In this document: piece after piece, positions 25,134 to 33,370 of the stretch | How the letters are laid out: every line of letters begins with the position of its first letter | Position numbering within the stretch: position 1 is the first letter of the stretch | DNA from: a virus | IMG/VR virus record: IMGVR_UViG_3300025162_000081 | Coordinates: 1-43,605 of that record | Reading direction: 5' to 3' (one strand) | Length of the DNA: 43,605 nucleotides | Made by a program: the position numbers and the translations under genes | Notes under the pieces: model-generated | Told to the model about the DNA's origin: nothing | The model's database searches: none | Seen by the model: the letters and a program-made list of their open reading frames with translations, nothing else

Positions 25134-25534
25134 TAAGAGAATTTAAGGAATGGAAGTATCTTGCTTATCACGACTCATTAACTGGGTTATTAAACAGGAA
25201 CTGGCTTAATGCTTATAAAATGAGCATTAAGAATCCTTACGTTTATTTTATTGATATAAATAACTTGACTAAAATTAACAAAATGGGTCATACTGTTGGT
25301 GATATGCACATTATAAATGTTGTTAAGCACATTCCACAAGTTGATGGAGACTATTTAGTTCGTTATGCTGGAGATGAATTTATTTTATTCTCTAATTCTG
25401 AAAATTTAATTAGTACCAACAAATTATATTCTGTTGGTATGTCAATAAATATAGGTGATTTATCAAACTCTATTATGGAAGCTGACATTAAAATGATAGA
25501 ATCTAAAAAAAGATTTAAGAATGAGAACATTTAA
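25109..25534 (+). CDS. stand-alone minimal GGDEF-domain protein (signature AGDEF)
   Basis: YHDSLTGLLNR (DxLTGLxNR). YFIDINNLTKINKMGHTVGD (substrate and metal site). RYAGDEF in place of RYGGEEF. C-terminal EADIKMIESKKRFKN. No sensor or I-site region. 141 aa. Confidence 0.6.
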   Translation: MFSRVTKIIREFKEWKYLAYHDSLTGLLNRNWLNAYKMSIKNPYVYFIDINNLTKINKMGHTVGDMHIINVVKHIPQVDGDYLVRYAGDEFILFSNSENLISTNKLYSVGMSINIGDLSNSIMEADIKMIESKKRFKNENI

Positions 25535-25766
25535 AGAAGGTGACAAATTGCTATGTTGTAAAAAATTTGATCATTTAAAAATTGGAAAATATTATGAAAT
25601 TATTTTATGCGGTTCATACCGACCATCTAATTGTTTTAATATAAGCGGATTTTGGTTTTCATTAAATAAAACATCATCAGTATACCCATATGTTTATGAA
25701 TATTTCTTTACTGAAAAAGAAGAAAGAAAATTAAAATTACAAATACTTAAATTAAAATCTATATGA
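25521..25766 (+). CDS. hypothetical protein ending ..EKEERKLKLQILKLKSI (tail variant)
   Basis: 81 aa. Confidence 0.4.
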   Translation: MRTFKEGDKLLCCKKFDHLKIGKYYEIILCGSYRPSNCFNISGFWFSLNKTSSVYPYVYEYFFTEKEERKLKLQILKLKSI

Positions 25767-26053
25767 AAAATAAATGGCTCTGGTCAATGGTCATAGTAAA
25801 TATGTCAATTGTTATAGGTAGTGTTATACTAAATATTTTCACTAAAAATTATGTTGCTCTAACAGCTTGGGTCAACACTGGATTGTGGATATTTATTACA
25901 TTTATGACTCAAAAAAAAATGTACAAACAACAGGAAGAAATAGGTGATATGTGGACTGAAAATATTGAGTTTATTTTAGGTAGATTTAAAATCGATGAAA
26001 TTCAAAAATGGTTACGTAAAAAGAAATTAGAAAATTTAAAAAACAAAGAATAA
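25763..26053 (+). CDS. small membrane protein ending ..EIQKWLRKKKLENLKNKE (shared tail)
   Basis: Two TM segments. The tail DNA is near-identical to 8150..8194. Confidence 0.45.
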   Translation: MKNKWLWSMVIVNMSIVIGSVILNIFTKNYVALTAWVNTGLWIFITFMTQKKMYKQQEEIGDMWTENIEFILGRFKIDEIQKWLRKKKLENLKNKE

Positions 26054-26056
26054 AAA

Positions 26057-26530
26057 ATGAAGGTACTACTTATTGACATGGATGGTGTTGTAGTTGATTT
26101 ACAACAAAATATAACTGATTGGTTTGAAAAACATCCACATTTACATTCTAAATATGAACATTGTCCAGATCATATACCTGGAATATTTAGAAATCCTAAA
26201 CCTTATCCTGGAGCAATAGAAGCAATTAATAAGCTCTATGAATCAGGCAAATATGATATGTATATTGCAACTGCCGCACCTTGGGGTAATCCTGATGCAG
26301 CAACAGATAAAAGATATTGGATAGAAACTTACTTTGAAAATATGTTTCACAAAAGATTAATTCTTACACATAGAAAAGATATGTTAAAAGGAGACATATT
26401 AATTGATGATAGAGAAAAGAATGGAGCTGCTGAATTTGAAGGTGAACTAATAAGGTTTGGTTATAATCATATGACAGATAGTATGAATGAATATGAAGAT
26501 TGGAATGCAGTATTAGAACATTTATTATGA
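26057..26530 (+). CDS. HAD-superfamily 5'(3')-deoxyribonucleotidase-like
   Basis: LLIDMDGVVVD (DxDGV motif I). ..ILIDDR.. motif. 157 aa. Confidence 0.6.
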   Translation: MKVLLIDMDGVVVDLQQNITDWFEKHPHLHSKYEHCPDHIPGIFRNPKPYPGAIEAINKLYESGKYDMYIATAAPWGNPDAATDKRYWIETYFENMFHKRLILTHRKDMLKGDILIDDREKNGAAEFEGELIRFGYNHMTDSMNEYEDWNAVLEHLL

Positions 26531-26688
26531 TAGAAGAGAAAGATATAACAGAAAAACTTAGAGAAAGTATAGTTCTGTCACTAGATTTTGTGTGGGACTA
26601 TAAAATAGATCCATCACTTATTAAAATCGAAAGAACTAAAGGTATTGGGATATTGCAGTTATATTATATCCTCTTGCCAAATTATTAA
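26500..26688 (+). CDS. hypothetical protein
   Basis: 62 aa. Confidence 0.3.
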   Translation: MECSIRTFIMIEEKDITEKLRESIVLSLDFVWDYKIDPSLIKIERTKGIGILQLYYILLPNY

Positions 26689-26690
26689 AA

Positions 26691-26906
26691 ATGCCTTTAG
26701 ATGATTTTAGTTATATTTTAGGTGATTGTATTCTTTTTTATATGCCAGAAATATCTAAATATGAAATTATTAAAGGCTTCTTAAATTTAAAAATAAGTGA
26801 TGCTTATTTAATTTCAAGATTATTTTATGTTCAAAAATATTGTGAAGAATTAGAAAGAAGGTCGAAAGAAAATATATATACTCCAAAAAAAGAAGATGAA
26901 GCATAG
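26691..26906 (+). CDS. hypothetical protein
   Basis: 71 aa. Confidence 0.35.
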   Translation: MPLDDFSYILGDCILFYMPEISKYEIIKGFLNLKISDAYLISRLFYVQKYCEELERRSKENIYTPKKEDEA

Positions 26907-27063
26907 AAATATAAATTCAGAACTTGAGGAATTAAAAGATCAAATAAAATTATTAGAAGAAGAAAACGAAAAATTAAAAAACGAAATAAGAGGTTATTTA
27001 ATAAGTGAAAATGAATTGAAAGCTCAAATAACCACAGAAAGATGTATGAAAAGGAATTATTAA
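26894..27063 (+). CDS. small coiled-coil protein (56 aa; below track cut-off)
   Basis: Own translation: MKHRNINSELEELKDQIKLLEEENEKLKNEIRGYLISENELKAQITTERCMKRNY. Stop TAA directly precedes ATG 27064. Confidence 0.25.
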
Positions 27064-27621
27064 ATGAAGATATATACAAAAACTGGTGATAAAGGCACAA
27101 CATCTTTAATAGGAGGAACTAGAGTATCTAAATATGATGAAAGAGTTGAAGCATATGGAACTTTAGATGAATTGAATTCTTTTTTAGGTTTAATAAGAGA
27201 TTATGATATTGATCAAAAAACTAAAAATCTAATTATTGAAATTCAAGATAGAATATTTACAGCAGAATCTTTGCTTGCGGTAGATCCAGAAAAAATAGTA
27301 AGAAATCTACCAGTGTTATTAGAATATGATATTGAGCTTTTAGAAATTGAAATTGATAAGATGAATGTTGAATTGCCAGAAATATCAAATTTCATCCTAC
27401 CTGGAGGACATAAGGTCGTATCAATTTGTCACATAGCAAGAACTATATGTAGAAGGGGTGAGAGATGTGTCATAAAACTAGTAGAGCATCAACCAAAAAC
27501 AATACAGTCAGAAATGATACTTAAATACTTAAATAGACTATCTGACTTTTTATTTGTGTTATCAAGAAAACTTTCAAAGGATTTTAATGCTACTGAGACT
27601 CCTTGGTCTCCGAAGTATTAA
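27064..27621 (+). CDS. ATP:cob(I)alamin adenosyltransferase, PduO/MMAB type
   Basis: MKIYTKTGDKGTTSL.., ..FILPGG.., ..LNRLSDFLF.. all match the PduO-type family (compare human MMAB KIYTKTGDKG, FILPSGG, LNRLSDYLF as I recall them). Confidence 0.85.
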   Translation: MKIYTKTGDKGTTSLIGGTRVSKYDERVEAYGTLDELNSFLGLIRDYDIDQKTKNLIIEIQDRIFTAESLLAVDPEKIVRNLPVLLEYDIELLEIEIDKMNVELPEISNFILPGGHKVVSICHIARTICRRGERCVIKLVEHQPKTIQSEMILKYLNRLSDFLFVLSRKLSKDFNATETPWSPKY

Positions 27622-27754
27622 TTTCTTTTTCCTCTTTTTCTTCCTCTTTCGTTATTTTAATTCCTTTACCACCACAATCATTACATCTAGCTTTAGTTTC
27701 ACGAATATAACCACTGGCATCACACGTGAGACAAATTTTATAGGTATATCCCAT
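27590..27754 (-). CDS. small zinc-ribbon protein (CxxC..CxxCGGKG), 54 aa
   Basis: Own translation: MGYTYKICLTCDASGYIRETKARCNDCGGKGIKITKEEEKEEKEINTSETKESQ. ATG overlaps upstream stop (TAATG). 3' end overlaps the convergent cobalamin-ATR gene by about 30 nt. Confidence 0.3.
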   Translation of the reverse strand: MGYTYKICLTCDASGYIRETKARCNDCGGKGIKITKEEEKEEKEINTSETKESQ

Positions 27755-28221
27755 TAGATATTATATTTTTCTCTATTTTTTATCACTTCTAACTTTTGAG
27801 CTAATAAACCTTCAACATAATTATATACTCTAACTTTAAATTTAGGTGAAGCATTCTCATTTTTATATTCAATAAACAATGAGTGCCATTTATCATCAGC
27901 ATCTATTTTTACTAAAATGTCAGAATCATGATATTTAGGATTTTCAAATGTAATATCTTTACACACTCCTATAATATTATGTTTTTTGTTTTTCTCATTA
28001 GAAAAATCAGACAAATAACACCAATAGCATTGAAATGCTATTTTTTTATCTAATACAATTTCTTTAACCAAATCATAAAAGCTAATATCATATTTTCTAC
28101 AATCTGACTTTAAATCCTTCAAAATAAATGATTTATAATTTACATCCTTCATTTTTGAAAATTCATCTCTAACTGGTTGATCTCTATGAACAAATATTTC
28201 ATATAATTGTAGATGTATCAT
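27754..28221 (-). CDS. paralogue-family protein (N-terminus MIHLQLYEIF.., C-terminus ..EKYNI)
   Basis: Shares internal block IIGVCKDITFEN with 29700..30167 (TGICKDVIFNG) and the family C-terminal KYNI. Confidence 0.45.
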   Translation of the reverse strand: MIHLQLYEIFVHRDQPVRDEFSKMKDVNYKSFILKDLKSDCRKYDISFYDLVKEIVLDKKIAFQCYWCYLSDFSNEKNKKHNIIGVCKDITFENPKYHDSDILVKIDADDKWHSLFIEYKNENASPKFKVRVYNYVEGLLAQKLEVIKNREKYNI

Positions 28222-28697
28222 ATATTATATTTTTCTGTTTCTTTCTTTAATTTTACCATTTTATGTAATGGTTTAGTATCAGCATCATAACCATCAATTA
28301 ATATTGCTGTGTTATTTTTAATTAAAAACCATTCGTCATTTGTATTATCATAATCAATAAATTCTTTATTTTTTTGAATTTTTGGATTTTCTAATTTTAC
28401 TTTAACAAAAAATTCATCTTTATATGAAAAATAGTCAACTTCTGTAATTTTACCTTTAACTGTTGGGTGTTTAAAAATCTTATTTTCACTCTGAAATATA
28501 ATACTTTTATTCATAAGTACTTCATCAAAAAATTCCATAATATTATCAATATACGGACTTTCTGGTATAGATTGATCCATAATATCAGAATCTGCTTTCA
28601 GATATTTCATAATATCGTTTATAAAGAACATATTATTTCCAGGAAACATATACCAGTTATTCGTATATTTTTCGAATATTTTAAAATTTGTTATCAT
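28218..28697 (-). CDS. paralogue-family protein (N-terminus MITNFKIFEKY.., C-terminus ..EKYNI)
   Basis: 159 aa. ATGA overlap with downstream gene. Confidence 0.45.
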   Translation of the reverse strand: MITNFKIFEKYTNNWYMFPGNNMFFINDIMKYLKADSDIMDQSIPESPYIDNIMEFFDEVLMNKSIIFQSENKIFKHPTVKGKITEVDYFSYKDEFFVKVKLENPKIQKNKEFIDYDNTNDEWFLIKNNTAILIDGYDADTKPLHKMVKLKKETEKYNI

Positions 28698-28925
28698 TTA
28701 TTTCTCTTTTTTGTATCTTTAACAGCATCTCTTTTAACATACAATAGATACTCACCTTTAGTCGTTGTTAGATTATAAACAAACTGACCCTCATTAATAG
28801 CACTTATTATTTCAAGATACTCATCAATTTCATCTTTAGATAATTGACTGCACTTTGATAGTTCTTGTAATGCCATTTCTTTGGTAATTTCTTCAGATTT
28901 TATTATCTCTGTCTTTTTCATAGTT
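28694..28925 (-). CDS. small hypothetical protein (MKKTEIIKSEE.., 77 aa)
   Basis: I prefer the internal ATG at 28925. The track's longer 28694..29065 form would overlap the ankyrin gene by about 100 nt. Confidence 0.35.
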
Positions 28926-28967
28926 GGTAAACTTATATTTTGTATAATAAACCTTATTAGTTTATTA

Positions 28968-29699
28968 TCATAAATTGTATTTATCATTCTCTTTTTTAAG
29001 ATTATATCTCTCAAATTGTTTAGGATATTTTTCTTGTAACTCTTTAACTTTATCTTCGTCTCCATTATTTATCAAATAATCTATGAAATCATCCCCATTT
29101 TCATCTTTAAAATTCCAATCTGCTCCCAACTCTATTAATTTATCTACAACACTATAATAATTATAAACTTTATATCTAATATGTGTAGCAAACATTAAAG
29201 CTGTTCTTTTAGTATAGGATTGCGCATCTAAATCCGCACCATATTTTAATAATAATTCAATGACTTTAGTTACTTTTGATGGTGTAAATTTCAAATTAGT
29301 AATGGCATTCATTATTGGAGTTTTATTTACACCATTTCTTACATTTGGATCTGCGCCTTGATTCAATAAGTCTTCTATCTTATCCAAATTTAAATTTCTT
29401 ATAGCTCCAAATAATTCTTTACTATTAACTGTATTTGACTCAGATATGTTATTTTTTTTTATAAAATTCTTATGAACTAAATATTTCAAATAATTATACA
29501 TCTCTTTAGAATTTGTTAAATCTACACCATAGTTATTAAATAAATAATGATTTATAAATTCTAAAACATGATCCTCAGTCACTGATTCATGTAAATCTTT
29601 AATATTTTTAATGGATTTTTTATATAGCGCGGGAAATAAACTTGTTATAAGTTTAAGATTAACGTTAATTCCCTCATATACTTTAAATTTAGTTATCAT
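28968..29699 (-). CDS. ankyrin-repeat protein with family termini (MITKFKVYEGI.. / ..KYNL)
   Basis: About 4 ankyrin repeats (..GADPNVRNGVNKTPIMNAI.., ..LLKYGADLDAQSYTKRTALMFAT.., ..LIELGADWNFKDENGDDFIDYLI..). Confidence 0.65.
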   Translation of the reverse strand: MITKFKVYEGINVNLKLITSLFPALYKKSIKNIKDLHESVTEDHVLEFINHYLFNNYGVDLTNSKEMYNYLKYLVHKNFIKKNNISESNTVNSKELFGAIRNLNLDKIEDLLNQGADPNVRNGVNKTPIMNAITNLKFTPSKVTKVIELLLKYGADLDAQSYTKRTALMFATHIRYKVYNYYSVVDKLIELGADWNFKDENGDDFIDYLINNGDEDKVKELQEKYPKQFERYNLKKENDKYNL

Positions 29700-30167
29700 T
29701 CATAAATTAAATTTAGTTCTAAGTTTATATTGTTCAGTATCTTCATCTGAATGCACTATTACTTCATCATCTATTGAAGCATCATCTTCTAAACTATCCA
29801 ATGAAATATGAATATGTTCTATATTAAAAGTATTTTCTGGTTTAGCTTCAAATCCACCATTAAAAATAACATCTTTACATATTCCAGTTAGATTTTTACC
29901 ATAATCCTCACTATCAAATGTTATAAGTTTGCCAACTAATAATTTTTTAACAAATCTAATATATTCTTCTTCTTTATCTTTTACTATGTTTTTATCATCA
30001 GGTATATAATATCCACCTCTTACAAATTTTTTAGTTTCTCTTTCATTATTAGCAGATTCTTCCATTTCATTAGCAAGTTTATACAAACTAATATATAGAT
30101 TCCCATCTTTTTCAACTATGCCATTCCACTTAAACCTATATTCTTCATATGTTTTTAGATATTTCAT
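29700..30167 (-). CDS. paralogue-family protein (MKYLKTYEEY.. / ..TKFNL)
   Basis: 155 aa. Paralogue of 27754..28221. Confidence 0.45.
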   Translation of the reverse strand: MKYLKTYEEYRFKWNGIVEKDGNLYISLYKLANEMEESANNERETKKFVRGGYYIPDDKNIVKDKEEEYIRFVKKLLVGKLITFDSEDYGKNLTGICKDVIFNGGFEAKPENTFNIEHIHISLDSLEDDASIDDEVIVHSDEDTEQYKLRTKFNL

Positions 30168-30492
30168 AGATTATATTTTTTAATTCTTCTACTTGCTTGT
30201 CAAATTCTTCTTCATTTTCAATAAGATTACCATTACCATCACATAGTTCATATTGATAATGATTAGCACCCTCACCTGATTCATTAAGCCACTCTTCTAT
30301 TCCATAAGTAATACACTCTGATCTGTTCCTTTCGGAAGATGCAGATCCTGTGTTATAATACTTATTAAAATATTCAGTATCTTCTATTTTTTTTAATGGA
30401 ACATCAAGACTACCACTGAAAGTAACTTTCAAAATTTTTTCAGTAGGATCATATTTTTTATTTAAGGATTCGTTAAATCTTTTAATTTTCAT
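30145..30492 (-). CDS. paralogue-family-like small acidic protein (MKIKRFNESL..)
   Basis: 115 aa. 23-nt overlap with next gene. Confidence 0.4.
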   Translation of the reverse strand: MKIKRFNESLNKKYDPTEKILKVTFSGSLDVPLKKIEDTEYFNKYYNTGSASSERNRSECITYGIEEWLNESGEGANHYQYELCDGNGNLIENEEEFDKQVEELKNIIYEISKNI

Positions 30493-30514
30493 ATTCTATA
30501 TATTATTTTTTAAA

Positions 30515-30538
30515 ATAAAAAAACCTCAGAGGTTTTCA
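30515..30538. terminator. weak hairpin AAACC-tcaga-GGTTT with T-tract on the minus strand
   Basis: A/T tracts on both sides. Function uncertain. Confidence 0.25.
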
Positions 30539-30595
30539 CTTTGAAAATGTTAAAATACGACTTATTTATATTTATATATACATATAAAACTTTGT

Positions 30596-30739
30596 ATGAA
30601 AATTCAAAAAACATTCACAATTGAAGAAGATATTTCTAAGGAATTTGATAAAATATCAAAAGAGAAATCAATTAATAAATCTTTATTTTTAGAAAATGCA
30701 ATGAAAGATTTTATTGAAAAAAATAAGAAAGAAAAATGA
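30596..30739 (+). CDS. ribbon-helix-helix small protein, 47 aa, directly upstream of a GIY-YIG gene
   Basis: Own translation: MKIQKTFTIEEDISKEFDKISKEKSINKSLFLENAMKDFIEKNKKEK. Stop TGA overlaps endonuclease ATG (ATGA). Confidence 0.45.
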   Translation: MKIQKTFTIEEDISKEFDKISKEKSINKSLFLENAMKDFIEKNKKEK

Positions 30740-31386
30740 TAGGTATATACAAAATTACAAATATTATAAATAATAAATGTTATATAGGTTCATCAGTAGA
30801 TATTGTAGGTAGATGGTATCATCATAAAACAACATTAAAATTTAATAAACATCATTCAATAAAATTACAAAGATCCTATAATAAATACGGTTCAGATAAT
30901 TTTAAGTATGAAATTGTAGAAGAATGTGAAACAGAATTATTATTAATTAGAGAAGAATACTATATCAACTTATTTGATTGTTATAATAATGGATATAATT
31001 TTTCAATACCATCGAATTGTGTTATGCTTGGCAGACATCATAGTGAAGAAACAAAAGAAATACTTAGAGAAAAAAGTAAGGGTAATAAAAATAGATTAAA
31101 TATGACATTTAGTGATGAATCTAAAAAGAAAATAAGTGACAAATTAAAAGGACGGAAATTGTCAGATGAAACTAAACTAAATATGAGCAAAGGACAGAAG
31201 AATAGAATTTATTCAGACGAAGACTTGAAAAAAATTACTGAAATAAATAAATCTAGAATAGGAATACCGTTATCAGATGAGCATAAACTTAAATTAAGTT
31301 TAGCAAAAGTAGGAAAGAAACAAAGTCCAGAAACTATTGCAAAAAGAGTACAAAAAAACACTGGTCAAAAAAGAAAAAAAACTTAA
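30736..31386 (+). CDS. GIY-YIG homing endonuclease with NUMOD3 repeats
   Basis: MIGIYKITNIINNKCYIGSSVDIVGRWYHH (GIY..YIG..R..H). Several SEETK/SDESKKKIS/SDETK NUMOD3 repeats in the C-terminal half. Confidence 0.8.
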   Translation: MIGIYKITNIINNKCYIGSSVDIVGRWYHHKTTLKFNKHHSIKLQRSYNKYGSDNFKYEIVEECETELLLIREEYYINLFDCYNNGYNFSIPSNCVMLGRHHSEETKEILREKSKGNKNRLNMTFSDESKKKISDKLKGRKLSDETKLNMSKGQKNRIYSDEDLKKITEINKSRIGIPLSDEHKLKLSLAKVGKKQSPETIAKRVQKNTGQKRKKT

Positions 31387-31449
31387 TTATTTTTATTACT
31401 ATATAGTATGTGGAATTTTCCGCAAATAAAAATAAATAATAAATTAAAA

Positions 31450-31647
31450 ATGAGTAAATTGAATGGAAAAGTCAAATTTTTTTCTGATAAAGGATTTGGC
31501 TTCATCGTTGAAAATCAAACAGGTGTAGAAGTATTCGTACACGCTACAGGTTTGCTTGATGAAATCAGAGAGAATGACGAAGTTGAGTATGAAGTTGTGC
31601 CAGGTAAAAAAGGCAACAATGCAGTGAATGTTAGAGTTTTAAACTAA
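31450..31647 (+). CDS. cold-shock protein (CspA family)
   Basis: MSKLNGKVKFFSDKGFGFI..VFVHAT. RNP1 KGFGFI and RNP2-like VFVH. 65 aa. Track start 31408 is an upstream in-frame ATG. Confidence 0.8.
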   Translation: MSKLNGKVKFFSDKGFGFIVENQTGVEVFVHATGLLDEIRENDEVEYEVVPGKKGNNAVNVRVLN

Positions 31648-31671
31648 GATATTTTAATCATATTGTCTAAT

Positions 31672-31706
31672 AAAAGAGCCTCAAAAATGAGGCTCTTTTT
31701 ATTTAA
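31672..31706. terminator. bidirectional intrinsic terminator AAAAGAGCCTCA-aaaat-TGAGGCTCTTTTTATTT
   Basis: Perfect 9-bp stem with A and T tracts. Follows csp stop. Confidence 0.65.
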
Positions 31707-31890
31707 CAAACATCCAGCCATCAACTATCGTCACATAACATTTACAGTTCATACCTCTAACACCCGTGCTTACTTCAATTGGCATTGATTTAGCTCCAAC
31801 GATGAAGAATTTCAAAATCAGCATCCTCTAATTTTTCTGCAAATATTGCATGTAACTGATTCGTAAAAACACAATTTCTTGATACAGAAA

Positions 31891-32298
31891 TCATTTCTGG
31901 TAATATAGTTCTTTGATTTGCCATTGTCTAATAATTATTTTTTGGTTTTGATTAATAAATAAAGCGTCACATAACCTATCTTTACTCTTTATATCTCTTT
32001 TAATATTCCATTCAACAAACTTTCTTTTTGTTAAAAACTTAATGTTGTGTATTTCTTCTATTTTAGTGATGTCTTTGAAATATTCATCATTTAGATAATA
32101 AACATCTTGAAAATCAGTATTATCAAATACAAAAATTAGCTTACTATCTAAGTGATTTCTTAGAATGTCAGCTAATTTCCAGTTTTTATTTTGTCTTGTA
32201 AGTTTCCTAATTTCTAGGACTTCATCAACACATAATTTACATAATACATCATCAGTATCTGTACGTTCAAAACAAGAATATATAAATTCTAAATTCAT
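31891..32298 (-). CDS. hypothetical protein
   Basis: 135 aa. Confidence 0.4.
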   Translation of the reverse strand: MNLEFIYSCFERTDTDDVLCKLCVDEVLEIRKLTRQNKNWKLADILRNHLDSKLIFVFDNTDFQDVYYLNDEYFKDITKIEEIHNIKFLTKRKFVEWNIKRDIKSKDRLCDALFINQNQKIIIRQWQIKELYYQK

Positions 32299-32525
32299 TT
32301 TAAAGATTCTTTAATATAAGGTCTCAATTTTTTCATAACATAACCTTCCATTGCAAATTGCTTAGATGATGTCCATTCTAATTTAGATTCATCCCAATAT
32401 AAAGTTACGTCTTCAACTTCACCGCAAGAACTACCATGATTTGGTGCACGAAAACTTTCAACTTTACTTTTTAAAACACCACTTGCAGTAAGTTCTTTAA
32501 TCAAGTCTAAAAATTCTGGTTTCAT
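32295..32525 (-). CDS. hypothetical protein
   Basis: 76 aa. Confidence 0.4.
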   Translation of the reverse strand: MKPEFLDLIKELTASGVLKSKVESFRAPNHGSSCGEVEDVTLYWDESKLEWTSSKQFAMEGYVMKKLRPYIKESLK

Positions 32526-32574
32526 ATCTGATAGTTTTTAATTTGATATACAAAGATACAAAAAGTAATTGATA

Positions 32575-32949
32575 TTACCTAATTCCAATACCAATATTTA
32601 CATTATTATTAAAATACCTAGATTCTTCTATTCTCGAAATTTCTTTTCCTTTAACTTTTAAGGTGGCTCTATTTAACCTATTTTCTGGCATACCAATATC
32701 TGAATGCATTACTTGATATGAAACTTCTCCAGTTGATTTAATAATTTTTTTACCATAGTAAACTATTCCATATCTCATTTGAAATCCAATGCTAGTAATA
32801 ACATAATAAGAATCAATGGATGTACCTAAGTTACAAGTAACAACATCACCAATTTTAAGATTTGCATTTTCAGAAACATATTTTTCAATGTTAGATTTCA
32901 ACTCTAAAAATGATGTGTTAATTTTTTGTTCTAATTCTTGAAAGTTCAT
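32575..32949 (-). CDS. hypothetical protein
   Basis: 124 aa. Confidence 0.4.
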   Translation of the reverse strand: MNFQELEQKINTSFLELKSNIEKYVSENANLKIGDVVTCNLGTSIDSYYVITSIGFQMRYGIVYYGKKIIKSTGEVSYQVMHSDIGMPENRLNRATLKVKGKEISRIEESRYFNNNVNIGIGIR

Positions 32950-32951
32950 AT

Positions 32952-33137
32952 TTATTTTTTTAAATGTAAATCATATTCAGCATTATAATCTTCTTCCTCA
33001 ACATCACCAACAATGTTTTGTTCCCATATTTGACTAATTTCACCAAATATATTTTCTGCAACACTAATATCACTTGATTTACGAAGTATTTCTACTATTT
33101 CAAGTGTTAATTTTCTAACTTCATCAGGCTTTACCAT
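32952..33137 (-). CDS. small acidic hypothetical protein
   Basis: 61 aa. Confidence 0.3.
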   Translation of the reverse strand: MVKPDEVRKLTLEIVEILRKSSDISVAENIFGEISQIWEQNIVGDVEEEDYNAEYDLHLKK

Positions 33138-33157
33138 TTATCACATTTTTAATTAGA

Positions 33158-33370
33158 CTACAAAGATACAAAAAATAAATTAAAAAAACAAGAAAGGAAG
33201 TAACATTTTTTAATATATAACATCCAGTTATATGACACTTCATATAATTCTAAATAGTCTTTGATATAGAAAATTTTATTAATAATATTTTTTAATCTTC
33301 TTGCTACTTTATTGCCTTCCTTTTCTTCTGGCTTTAATTTTATATCTTCAAATGCCTTAATATGTTTCAT
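33158..33370 (-). CDS. paralogue-family small protein (MKHIKAFEDI..)
   Basis: First about 30 nt are near-identical in DNA to the start of 33367..33969. Confidence 0.4.
   Translation of the reverse strand: MKHIKAFEDIKLKPEEKEGNKVARRLKNIINKIFYIKDYLELYEVSYNWMLYIKKCYFLSCFFNLFFVSL

Noticed and set aside
28926-29065. Long form of ORF 28694..29065
   Set aside because: It overlaps the ankyrin gene by about 100 nt. An internal ATG at 28925 gives a non-overlapping 77-aa protein.
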